Positions 55,681 to 64,000 of a stretch of 64,000 nt of DNA are shown piece by piece; the stretch's first letter is position 1, and every line of letters starts with the position of its first letter. The position numbers were made by a program, and so were the translations under genes. The notes under the pieces were generated by a model. The model saw nothing but the letters and a program-made list of their open reading frames with translations, searched no databases and was not told where the DNA came from. Origin of the DNA: Marine group II euryarchaeote REDSEA-S11_B3N4 (GTDB lineage: Archaea; Thermoplasmatota; Poseidoniia; Poseidoniales; Thalassarchaeaceae); assembly GCA_001628485.1 (NCBI GenBank), contig LURR01000006.1, positions 26,879 to 90,878 of the forward strand, given 5' to 3'.

Positions 55681-57005
55681 ATGGACATAGCGGCCTCAAC
55701 CACTGCCTCCCAAGGGGCAGCGGTCCTGAAGGAAGGCTTTCCATAACCGGAAATCGCGGCCACATGTCCGTTCTGCCTAAGAGACTCAACAATCTTTCGT
55801 GGACTGGGGGGAGCCCCGGTTCCAAGCCATGCGGCCAGGTCGTCCACAACAATCAGGTTGCAGGAATCAATCACCTGCGACTCCTCCGCGAGGTGTCTGA
55901 CGCTCTTGACGACCCTCCTCCTCTCGATTTCGAAGCTCTTCTGGCTCCAACCTACTGGGTCATCGGGGATGAAGATGGGTCCACAGCTCTCCAATGCTCG
56001 TTCTTCAGACATTGAAGACATAGCCTTCCTATCGCCGGTAGGTCCTATCCATAGGGGACCAGATACACGGGGGTCTTTCCTATCCACTGGAAAGTTAAGT
56101 GGGAGCATGCAGTGCATCGGAAGAATATCTACTCCACTTTCTATCTGTGACCCAGAATCGATTGAAGCGGCAACCTCCTCCTTACACGGGGCGAAAACCC
56201 TCCAACCAATTCTTTCTTCCAATTCATTGGCCGAAGACACACTCTTCATGACCCTGAATGATACCCTAAGGTGATGGGAGTCCCAAACCGAAAGTAGTGG
56301 CTCAATCGCCCTATCGTGTCTGGCAGCGATTCTGGAAATATTAGCCAGCATCACCCTCATTCCAGAATCATGGGCCAGGCAATCAGTCCTAACTCTGGCA
56401 CCATACCTCCTCATCAGAGCGGTTTTCGAGGATCCAGTCAAAGCAGCCGTATCCGTCGCGCTGACCTCCATCACTCCACTCCTGGCCATGGATTGCATGG
56501 CTGAATCAATGAATGGGGCGGGTGAACCATATGGGTCGATGTCAATCCAGTGTCTTCCACTACTGAGAACTGCTGCCCTAAGGTCTCCCTGGAAGGTTTG
56601 CAAGTCACCAACCCCATCAGACGGCGGGAACTCCTTGTGAGAGGACCTAGCCCAGTAGAGAGATTCTTTCTCCAAATCAACTATTGTGGCTGAGATCCTA
56701 GACGATATCTCAAATGGTAACTCATTCAGCCACCTCCTTGCTCTGAGACCCGAGGCGGTAAGCCCATCGAGAGCGTAAACTGTACCATCACCGAGCATGC
56801 CCTCTTCCATCGCATGCCTAAACAATAGAACGCTCCGAGTCCTGCTTCCAGCCATTGCCGGATTGTAGAAAACCACTCCAGAAGACTTTACAGAAGGGCC
56901 CTGCGCATTCTCGGGAAGTTGGGGCAGGAGCATCAGAGTCCTACCTTCGCGATGAGGAAAGGCCCCGTTGTCGAATGACATGGCCCCCGCAGGGCAACCC
57001 GACAA
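55665..57005 (-). CDS. trm1: tRNA (guanine26-N2)-dimethyltransferase Trm1
   Basis: 'VFYNPAMAGSRTRSV' (FYNP...NRDLSV-like), 'ALDGLTASGLRARRW', 'IDIDPYGSPAPFIDSA' and 'LMRRYGA'. An alternative ATG is at 56981. Confidence 0.7.
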   Translation of the reverse strand: MSGCPAGAMSFDNGAFPHREGRTLMLLPQLPENAQGPSVKSSGVVFYNPAMAGSRTRSVLLFRHAMEEGMLGDGTVYALDGLTASGLRARRWLNELPFEISSRISATIVDLEKESLYWARSSHKEFPPSDGVGDLQTFQGDLRAAVLSSGRHWIDIDPYGSPAPFIDSAMQSMARSGVMEVSATDTAALTGSSKTALMRRYGARVRTDCLAHDSGMRVMLANISRIAARHDRAIEPLLSVWDSHHLRVSFRVMKSVSSANELEERIGWRVFAPCKEEVAASIDSGSQIESGVDILPMHCMLPLNFPVDRKDPRVSGPLWIGPTGDRKAMSSMSEERALESCGPIFIPDDPVGWSQKSFEIERRRVVKSVRHLAEESQVIDSCNLIVVDDLAAWLGTGAPPSPRKIVESLRQNGHVAAISGYGKPSFRTAAPWEAVVEAAMSIHPPM

Positions 57006-57021
57006 AAGGAATTACCAACAA

Positions 57022-58143
57022 TTAGTAGTGAGAGAATACAACTTCTGGGTCAGAATGCGTAACTCTTCTACCATTCGTAACTACTCGTCCTACAATTCTA
57101 CTTCCTGGAAGCCGTTCACTAAGCCATCTCTCAGCCGAATCTGCACATTCTTCTGATACAGCCACCACCATCCCCATCCCCATATTGAAGGTCCTATGCA
57201 TCTCCAGTGTGCTTACGGATCCGATTTCAGATATCCACTGAAATTCTGGATGGGGGTCTAGCGGCATCTGTATTTCCCAACCCAGAGTGTCATGGAGACG
57301 AAGCAAGTTCGACAAACCGCCTCCCGTGATGTGCGCGATTGCCTTTATGCAATCTCGACCAACCACCCCCCCTTCTCTCCTTGACTCCAGCACCAGCTCG
57401 ACTACCGGATCAACGTAGATCCTTGTAGGGTTCAAGATGACCTCAGCCAAAGTGGCGGCTCCGTCCTTCCCTGAGAACCTCCTGACTTCTCTGTGATCAT
57501 GGCTTGGGTCGAACGGGCAAGAGTCATCTAACGAGCAGCCAGACCTCTCAATCACTGCTCTGACAAGGGTGAATCCATTGGAGTGAATTCCACTGCTGGG
57601 AAGGCCAATCAGCACATCCCCTTCCTCAAGATTCTCTCCTGTGATCCCCCCTCCCTTGGGGAACCACCCTAGTGCGGTTCCAGACAGGTCTAGTTCCTTC
57701 ACGATTCCTGGAAGCGTGGCTGTCTCCCCTCCCGCCAATGTGACCCTTGCTGTATTACATGCTTGAGAAAGAGATTCGCCCAAAGACGAGTGAACCTCTG
57801 GGTCTGCCTCTGGGACTGCGATGTAATCTACGAACGCAAGGGGCTCAGCCCCAACACAGATTAGATCATTCACGTTCATTGCAACGCAGTCAAAGCCAAC
57901 ACCACCCAATTGTCCTACATTGCTCGCGATTTGTAATTTGGAACCAACACCATCGGTCGCTAGTGCAAGACAAGAGTCACCGAATTCGATAATCCCCCCG
58001 AATCCCCCTGGGAGGTGCACCGGAGCGCCAAGCTCACCTGGAGCCCTGCTAGAAGAGGCCAATGAACCGATCAGACTAGCCACTGCCTTGGCTTCTAGAT
58101 CTATATCCACCCCGCTAGACGCGTAGTCCATCGGCTCGCCCAT
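57022..58143 (-). CDS. purM: Phosphoribosylformylglycinamidine cyclo-ligase (AIR synthetase, PurM)
   Basis: 'YASSGVDID', 'LATDGVGSKL', 'GFDCVAMNVNDLICVGAEPL', 'GGETA', 'GLPSSGIHSNGF' and 'AHITGGG'. Starts are at 58143 or 58131; the listed ORF runs to 58215. Confidence 0.9.
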   Translation of the reverse strand: MGEPMDYASSGVDIDLEAKAVASLIGSLASSSRAPGELGAPVHLPGGFGGIIEFGDSCLALATDGVGSKLQIASNVGQLGGVGFDCVAMNVNDLICVGAEPLAFVDYIAVPEADPEVHSSLGESLSQACNTARVTLAGGETATLPGIVKELDLSGTALGWFPKGGGITGENLEEGDVLIGLPSSGIHSNGFTLVRAVIERSGCSLDDSCPFDPSHDHREVRRFSGKDGAATLAEVILNPTRIYVDPVVELVLESRREGGVVGRDCIKAIAHITGGGLSNLLRLHDTLGWEIQMPLDPHPEFQWISEIGSVSTLEMHRTFNMGMGMVVAVSEECADSAERWLSERLPGSRIVGRVVTNGRRVTHSDPEVVFSHY

Positions 58144-58331
58144 AACCAGCCGCACAGAGACAGCAACTTCATTGTCTCGGAAGGACAATCTCAAAACCAA
58201 GAAATCTATTGGCAAAAAAACCTCGTTTTTCAGCCACTAGGGGTGTTTTTTTGGGCTTACTTATAAAGATAATAATCAACAATCTCTATATGTAAAAGGT
58301 ATTTCGCGGGGGCACGGATAGTGTGAACACT

Positions 58332-61300
58332 ATGTACAACAAGAAAATGATAGCAATGATGCTTACCCTGAGCATGCTAGCGGCTAGTCTCGCTGGATGC
58401 GCAGGGGGGGACGACGACGATACGTCAGACTGGGCCATTTCGATGGCCAGCGACGTTGAGGTAGTCTGGGTGGAGTCCGGATGGGACCCCATTATCCCCA
58501 ACCTGAATGCCGGCGAGATGTGCGACGTAATCATCTCGGCGATGACCAAGACGGATGAGCGCGACCAGGTAGTCGACTTCACCAGGGCTTACTACACCAG
58601 TAGCCAGGGTGTGATCGGCGGATCCGGTGCAGCGTCCATCACAGCGGTGGCTGACCTCAACGCAGCAGGTACGACCATCGGTGTCCAGTCGGGGACAACT
58701 TCGGACCTGTACGCCAACGAGAACCTCGGTATGGCGACAATCAGTGCCTTCGAGGACTTCCCATCGGTCATCACCGCTCTGAACAACGGAGACGTCATGT
58801 ACGCAATGGGCGATGCACCCGTTCTGTCCCTAGAAGGAACCCTGATGGTGACCTTCTCAGACGAGAACTTCGGGTTCGCAGTCCGCGAGGACTCTGGGGA
58901 ACTCCTAGACGCCCTCAACATGGCCATCGGCGCTGTAGTCGACTCAGGCGAGTACGACACAATCTACGGGGCCTCCTTCGACGGAGCAGTCACACTGGCA
59001 GACGATACCACCGCTGACACGGCAACCGCTTACCCGGCCTCGCCCAGCGAGGGTTCCACTCTGACCGGAGTTCTGGAGTCCGGGCAGCTGAAGGTCTGCA
59101 CAGACCCGTTCTACCCTCCATTCGAGAGCTACGACGCTGACAACAACGTCGTCGGCTTCGATGCAGACATGGCACACGCGGTAGTCGACGAGATTGCAGC
59201 TCACTACATGGGAACCGCGAACCCTGTGTTCGTGGCTCCAGTTGAGGCAACTACAATCAAGATCGGGTTCCTGAACGACGCTACAGGACCAATATCACAG
59301 TTTGCAGGCGCATTCACTTTTGCTTGGAATGCTGCTAAGGATGACTTGAATGCTATGGGAGACGACTACGTCTTCGAGGTAGTAGAGGCAGACTCTGGAT
59401 GCGATGGACAAATGGCCGCGACTGCGGCACAATCGTTAGTTGACGCTGGAGTGGTTGGTGTAGCCGGAGCAGCATGCTCTGGAGCATCAATAGGCGCCAA
59501 TGCAGTCCTATCTGCAGCAGGCATACCAATGATCTCGTATGCGAGTACATCGCCTTCGCTATCTAGCGACGAAAACTACCCTCACTTCTACAGGATAGTA
59601 CCAAGCGATGCATACCAGGCAGGAGTAATGTCCGAAATGGTCTCAGCAGACGGTCACACAAATCCAGCGATAATCCACATGGTTAACGCTTATGGAGCAG
59701 GTCTAGCCGATGCTTTCATCGCTAACTGGGATGGAGATGTCTGCCTGCAGGCAGGTTATGATGAGCAAGTCCAAGTGGACTTCCAAGCACAGGTTCAATC
59801 TGTAATCGATGCAGGATGTGACTCAGTTGTTCTGGGATCATACTCGGCAGACGGCGCTCTAATCGTCGAGACCATGGCAGGAATGGGAGCCGTGCTCCCT
59901 ACCTACAGTGCCGACGGAATGGCAGGCGAGAACGCGCTGGCCGATTACACCGCACCAGCAGCTGCAAACGGACTCCAGGTCACCAGACCTGCATCTGATC
60001 CCGCAAGCGCTGCTCCTGGTGGAGAATTCGCCGCCGCTTGTGCAGCCGCCGAAGCCTGCTCTGGCGGAATTTACCAGAACGAGGCGTACGATACGGTCAT
60101 GATGCTGGGTCACGCTGCAATGATGGAAGATGGAGCGAACATGGCCAACCATATCGAAATGGTTGGCAACGGCTATCAGGGAGAGAGTGGTACTCACACT
60201 TTCGAGGCTAACGGAGAAGTGCCGGGTCTGTACTACGATGTGTGTACCTTCCACCACGTCCCAACATACGGTGAGTACTTCAACTGCGACAGAGGCTGGA
60301 ACGCTGAACAAGGCATCCACGATGTTACGTGGGCCGGTGCTACAGTCAAGATTGGCTTCTTGAATGACGCTACAGGACCGATTGCGGTTTACGCTGGCGG
60401 ATTCGTAGCAGCTTCACAGATAGCTCTGGGACTAGCAAACACAATCGGATACAGCAATGGTGTACAGTTCGAAATCGTATATGCTGACTCCGGTTGCGAC
60501 GGTACAATGGGCGCAACGGCGGCCCAGACACTAGTCGATGCTGGAGCTTGGGGAGTAGTAGGAGCCGCATGCTCTGGGGCTTCTCAGGGTGCAAACGCCA
60601 TCTTGGCAGCCGCAAATATCCCTCAGGTTTCCTATGCTAGCACAAGCCCGACGCTTGAGAGTGACGAGAACTACCCTGGGTTCTTCAGAGTGGTACCCAG
60701 TGACGCTTACCAAGGATCAGTTATGGCAGAGGTAGTCGCCGGTGACGGTTACACGAATGTTGCTGTATTCCACATGGTTAATGCGTACGGGGCAGGACTA
60801 GCAGATACTTTTGTGCAGACAATCGGATCAGAGAATGTTTGCACACAGGTGGGCTATGACGAGCAGACCCAGGTTGACCACAGCGCCATGGTACAGTCAG
60901 CAATAGACAACAACTGTGACTCTGTGTTCATGGTTTCCTACGCTGCTGATGGAGCAGCTATTATCGAGGAACTAGAAACTCAGGGATTCTCAGGCCAGAT
61001 TTATGGTGGAGACGGAATAGCCGAAGAGGGACTTGGTTCTGGAATGGCAGACAACAGTACACTGTCTGGAATCATTGCCTCGAAACCCCACAACCCCAAC
61101 CCAATGGGCACCGTCGGAATGCTGTTCGCCTCTCTGTGCAATGCTAATCCAGCTTGCGCTGACGGAATCTACACTGCAGAAGCCTTTGATGCGGTTACAA
61201 TCGTAGCTTTCGCTGCGTTCACCGCATTGGCTACTCCTAACCTAACAGCCGAACTCGCTGTCATGGGGACTGGACAGGGATGGAACGGAGCAAGTGGGAC

Positions 61301-61457
61301 AATCTCATTCCTGACGAATGGAGATATTATCCCTGCAGGATTCTGCATCGGAGAGTTCTCGGTGACAACCGACGCAACGGATGGAGTCAATACTGTCTCC
61401 TACGATTGCGCTAGGTACTGGGACCCAGAAAACGGTATCACCACCGCTACCGCTTGA
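58332..61457 (+). CDS. Lipoprotein fusing three solute-binding modules: one polar-amino-acid (SBP family 3) domain and two tandem Leu/Ile/Val-binding-protein (type 1 PBP) domains
   Basis: Lipobox 'LSMLAASLAGCAGG'. The SBP_3 body is 'DVIISAMTKTDERDQVVDFTRAYY', with 'LKVCTDPFYPPFESYDADNNVVGFDADMA' downstream. There are two LIVBP copies, beginning 'IKIGFLNDATGPI' and 'VKIGFLNDATGPI', each with 'ADSGCDG', 'GAACSGAS', 'SYASTSP' and 'FRVVPSDAYQ'. Confidence 0.8.
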   Translation: MYNKKMIAMMLTLSMLAASLAGCAGGDDDDTSDWAISMASDVEVVWVESGWDPIIPNLNAGEMCDVIISAMTKTDERDQVVDFTRAYYTSSQGVIGGSGAASITAVADLNAAGTTIGVQSGTTSDLYANENLGMATISAFEDFPSVITALNNGDVMYAMGDAPVLSLEGTLMVTFSDENFGFAVREDSGELLDALNMAIGAVVDSGEYDTIYGASFDGAVTLADDTTADTATAYPASPSEGSTLTGVLESGQLKVCTDPFYPPFESYDADNNVVGFDADMAHAVVDEIAAHYMGTANPVFVAPVEATTIKIGFLNDATGPISQFAGAFTFAWNAAKDDLNAMGDDYVFEVVEADSGCDGQMAATAAQSLVDAGVVGVAGAACSGASIGANAVLSAAGIPMISYASTSPSLSSDENYPHFYRIVPSDAYQAGVMSEMVSADGHTNPAIIHMVNAYGAGLADAFIANWDGDVCLQAGYDEQVQVDFQAQVQSVIDAGCDSVVLGSYSADGALIVETMAGMGAVLPTYSADGMAGENALADYTAPAAANGLQVTRPASDPASAAPGGEFAAACAAAEACSGGIYQNEAYDTVMMLGHAAMMEDGANMANHIEMVGNGYQGESGTHTFEANGEVPGLYYDVCTFHHVPTYGEYFNCDRGWNAEQGIHDVTWAGATVKIGFLNDATGPIAVYAGGFVAASQIALGLANTIGYSNGVQFEIVYADSGCDGTMGATAAQTLVDAGAWGVVGAACSGASQGANAILAAANIPQVSYASTSPTLESDENYPGFFRVVPSDAYQGSVMAEVVAGDGYTNVAVFHMVNAYGAGLADTFVQTIGSENVCTQVGYDEQTQVDHSAMVQSAIDNNCDSVFMVSYAADGAAIIEELETQGFSGQIYGGDGIAEEGLGSGMADNSTLSGIIASKPHNPNPMGTVGMLFASLCNANPACADGIYTAEAFDAVTIVAFAAFTALATPNLTAELAVMGTGQGWNGASGTISFLTNGDIIPAGFCIGEFSVTTDATDGVNTVSYDCARYWDPENGITTATA

Positions 61458-61469
61458 TGGAAACGTAAA

Positions 61470-61503
61470 GCAGTACGGCGGGCACTACTGCCCGCCGTAC
61501 TGC
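61470..61503 (+). terminator. Perfect 15-bp stem / 4-nt loop hairpin between the binding-protein and permease genes (attenuator/terminator or RNA-stability element)
   Basis: gcagtacggcgggca-ctac-tgcccgccgtactgc starts 13 nt after the stop codon. It is followed by A/T-rich sequence but not by a clean T-tract. Confidence 0.5.
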
Positions 61504-61546
61504 CCCAACAATTAATTTCAATCGGGCATTAGGGGCTTTGTACCCT

Positions 61547-64000
61547 ATGTTCGACAGAGTGAGAAACCTATATTCTGACCTCTCAAGAGGCAACAGAAGA
61601 CTCTTAATCGCACTTCTCCTGTTTATTGATGCTAATTTTCTTGGCACTCTAAATGGATACGGAACTCTGAATTTACTAGACCGGTTAATCGGAGATGGGT
61701 TGCCAGATGATTTGGTCTGGCTTCTACAAATACTAGAGTCAATATCTGCCGGTTTCATTGTTGTGAAGGTACTATTCGACGATATTCCTAGCGGTGCTTC
61801 AAGAACTCTAGGAATCATCCTATCACCAATTTTCATGGTAATAGTGACGTTCTTTTCTCTGGATCTACTACTGAAGGGGCAGGATTCCAGCGCCTCATTC
61901 ACCCTTGACTTAGTTTCGATTTCCACTGGTACTCTCACGTGGTCATCAACATACTTGGCTATCGCTATTGGATTAACGCTGACCTACAAGGTTCAGAGAT
62001 ACGGTAATTTCGCCCAATCTGAATTATTCATGATTGGGATGTATCTGTCGATGATTATGATTTGGAGTGACTTTCTATTCCCTATGTCAAACCTACAGTC
62101 TTCCAAGGACGGTGTGATTACATGGTCAGTACTAATTTTCACCTTAATAGCAGCATTTGTTCTAACCGGAACTGCTGGGATAATTATAGACAGGTTGGTT
62201 TACAAAGATTTCAGAGAGAAGAAGGCAAGCCCCCAAGTTATGATGATAGCATCTCTGGGAGTTGCTCTAATCCTACGATCTTTGACATTTCTAAGATTCG
62301 GCAACGGGAGGAACCTATTCGAGCCCGAGGGTGACTGGAGAATGCCAACTCAAAGGTGGGAACTTCCAACCACAAAGATGCGCCTGAATCTTGGAGAGAG
62401 AAGTCTAGATGAAGGACGTACATACACTCAATTTAGTTGTGAAGAAACTCTCCATGCCGAAACAGGTGAGCCTACCCTGACCAGGATAATTAGCGAGACC
62501 TCGAAACCGGCAATTGAGATATATGATACAACTGCTGATTGCATAACTCAGGCCACCACGAACTACGCGTATCACAAAGGTGCGGTCCCATTCGTCATTT
62601 TTTCCTCCGTTCTACTACTGATGCTTCTGTTGAACAAAACCAGACTGGGAAGGAGAATGAGAGCAGTCGCTGACAATCCAGATTTGGCCGCAAGTAGTGG
62701 TATCAACGTCGAAGGAGTCCATCTAACTAGTGCCTTCCTATCCGCGGGGATTTCTGGGATGGGCGGTGCAATTTTCGCAATGACTCTTAGATTCAACCCA
62801 GAAACCGCATTTGCTCTTCTACTACCCTCATTCGCAATTATCGTTTTAGGCACGATTGGCTCTATTCCAGGTGCGATCGTTGGCTCTTTGGTGGTAGGTT
62901 TTGTTCGCTCACTCTCCACTCCAGTATTGATTGGCGTAGGCCTTCCTCTCGGTCGCTCAAATTATACAGCTTTGGATGGAGTAATGCCGTACATTTTCTT
63001 AATTGCAATCCTACTGATTATGCCCCAGGGAATCGGTGAAGCATACGAGAAATGGAAAATTGAAAGACTTCGAAAAAGGAGATTAGATCCAACCAATGAT
63101 TCCGATAAAACAACATTAGCTCTCGCTATACTCCCTACAGGTATCCTCGGATTGCATCATTGGAGGGCGAATAGGATGCACAAGGTCCAATCCTTCACAG
63201 CGATAGCCTTCTCAGCATACATATTTTCCAAACTCAGCCATTTTATAGGTAACAATTCTTTTGCAAAAGGGGCTTGTTCAGACGTCTGTGAATCAAACTC
63301 TTTTGCGGAAACAAACCTAGCCACAATAACTGGGAGAAACGATGGAACACTGACACTTCAAGATTCTCCGATTGACGAAACAATTCTACTAAGCCAAATT
63401 GATCCCCCAGAGGGCCTTTCTCCTTTTGAGATTGAACAATGGACAGCCGATGCCCTATCCGCAGCAAACAATTCCTGGCTCAATATGATGAATATAGAGA
63501 TTGAACTGGTAAATCTGATAGTTAATCTCGGAGAATTTGTCTGGCCATTGGTCCCTCTGCTCCTTTGGGTATACGCAATTTCAGAGGTCGTACCCAATAG
63601 GAATCTTGGCTTGAGGTACAGAGCTCCGAAATTTGGAAAGTACAAACATAAAATTTCTGCTTTAGTTTCTACTAGGTCTCACACACTCAAAGAAGAATGG
63701 ACAAAATTCGATGAGTGGCATAAAAATACAATTTCCTCTTTCCAGGGAAAATTATCTGAAACCATTTCAAAAAATAAAGAAACAATTTCTGATATTGTAA
63801 AAGGTATTCTACACAAGATTGTAGCTTTATTCCCAGGAGACCCCGAAAAGCATAGACAGGATATCGATTTGTATGGTAGGGAGAGTAAATCAGGTTCGAT
63901 GCTATTCTTCTTCACTTTGATTATTGTATTAATCCTATTCTTGATATGGCTGCCAATAGCGGAATCCGATAATTATAGATTCAAGAAAGTCCTACAGGTA
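61547..64000 (+). CDS. Branched-chain amino acid ABC permease (LivH family) with an N-terminal extension, a large internal insertion and a long C-terminal continuation (possible LivH-LivM fusion); partial, as it runs off the window
   Basis: My own translation from ATG 61547 gives an open frame of 818 codons to the window end; the ORF track lists only closed ORFs. LivH signatures 'YLAIAIGLTLTYKVQRYGNFAQSELFMIGMY', 'TRLGRRMRAVADNPDLAASSGINV' and 'LGTIGSIPGAIVGSLVVG'. Confidence 0.7.
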   Translation, partial: MFDRVRNLYSDLSRGNRRLLIALLLFIDANFLGTLNGYGTLNLLDRLIGDGLPDDLVWLLQILESISAGFIVVKVLFDDIPSGASRTLGIILSPIFMVIVTFFSLDLLLKGQDSSASFTLDLVSISTGTLTWSSTYLAIAIGLTLTYKVQRYGNFAQSELFMIGMYLSMIMIWSDFLFPMSNLQSSKDGVITWSVLIFTLIAAFVLTGTAGIIIDRLVYKDFREKKASPQVMMIASLGVALILRSLTFLRFGNGRNLFEPEGDWRMPTQRWELPTTKMRLNLGERSLDEGRTYTQFSCEETLHAETGEPTLTRIISETSKPAIEIYDTTADCITQATTNYAYHKGAVPFVIFSSVLLLMLLLNKTRLGRRMRAVADNPDLAASSGINVEGVHLTSAFLSAGISGMGGAIFAMTLRFNPETAFALLLPSFAIIVLGTIGSIPGAIVGSLVVGFVRSLSTPVLIGVGLPLGRSNYTALDGVMPYIFLIAILLIMPQGIGEAYEKWKIERLRKRRLDPTNDSDKTTLALAILPTGILGLHHWRANRMHKVQSFTAIAFSAYIFSKLSHFIGNNSFAKGACSDVCESNSFAETNLATITGRNDGTLTLQDSPIDETILLSQIDPPEGLSPFEIEQWTADALSAANNSWLNMMNIEIELVNLIVNLGEFVWPLVPLLLWVYAISEVVPNRNLGLRYRAPKFGKYKHKISALVSTRSHTLKEEWTKFDEWHKNTISSFQGKLSETISKNKETISDIVKGILHKIVALFPGDPEKHRQDIDLYGRESKSGSMLFFFTLIIVLILFLIWLPIAESDNYRFKKVLQV

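Noticed and set aside
61447-61938. A 163-aa minus-strand ORF and other short minus or alternative-frame ORFs between 61.4 and 64.0 kb.
   Set aside because: They lie antisense to or out of frame with an 818-codon open frame that carries clear LivH permease motifs.
1-64000. CRISPR arrays, cas operons, IS elements or transposases, rRNA genes, prophage or toxin-antitoxin modules.
   Set aside because: No spaced direct repeats, transposase or integrase motifs, or rRNA-like sequence were seen on either strand. The only Cas-like protein is a stand-alone Cas4/AddB-type nuclease.

Overview
The window reads as a contiguous, densely coding (about 90%) chromosomal segment of an archaeon. The information-processing genes are archaeal: TFB, topoisomerase VI A and B, ribosomal protein L18e, RpoN, RpoP, an RFC small subunit, Trm1, Trm5 and two PAC2/Pba proteasome chaperones. 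GC content is about 50-55%. Together with several giant secreted or anchored proteins and many bacterial-type genes (NAD-dependent LigA, RlmH, a GPAT/LPLAT acyltransferase, an acyl-AMP ligase, a DnaQ-like exonuclease, NfuA and a LIV-type ABC transporter), this suggests a planktonic Thermoplasmatota lineage resembling Marine Group II/III. That lineage assignment is inference only.

I call about 50 CDS and 5 intron-less tRNA genes, all with an encoded CCA: Asp-GUC, Arg-CCU, Pro-GGG, and a tandem Arg-GCG/Arg-CCG pair. I also call an L18e-L13-S9-RpoN operon, central metabolism genes (swivel-first aconitase, Icd, PurM, GuaA subunit A, MoaA) and a B12-dependent class II RNR with a PduO-type adenosyltransferase nearby. 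I saw no rRNA, CRISPR array, transposase, integrase or obvious prophage.

The most unusual content is:
- a 2,636-aa membrane-anchored protein with about 1,100 aa of thrombospondin-type-3-like calcium-binding repeats and a cytoplasmic DUF4129-like tail;
- a 1,749-aa surface protein whose repeat array is interrupted by a vWA/MIDAS domain;
- a 1,041-aa lipoprotein fusing a seemingly circularly permuted polar-amino-acid-binding domain to two tandem LIVBP domains, followed by an atypically long, AT-rich LivH(-LivM?) permease ORF that runs off the window;
- a cluster of bacterial-type DNA-end enzymes (LigA, a Cas4/AddB-like Fe-S nuclease and a DEDD exonuclease);
- bacterial or eukaryote-like ester-lipid acyltransferase genes in an archaeal background.

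All functional calls come from motifs read by eye in the supplied translations. No database search was run, and start codons are best guesses.
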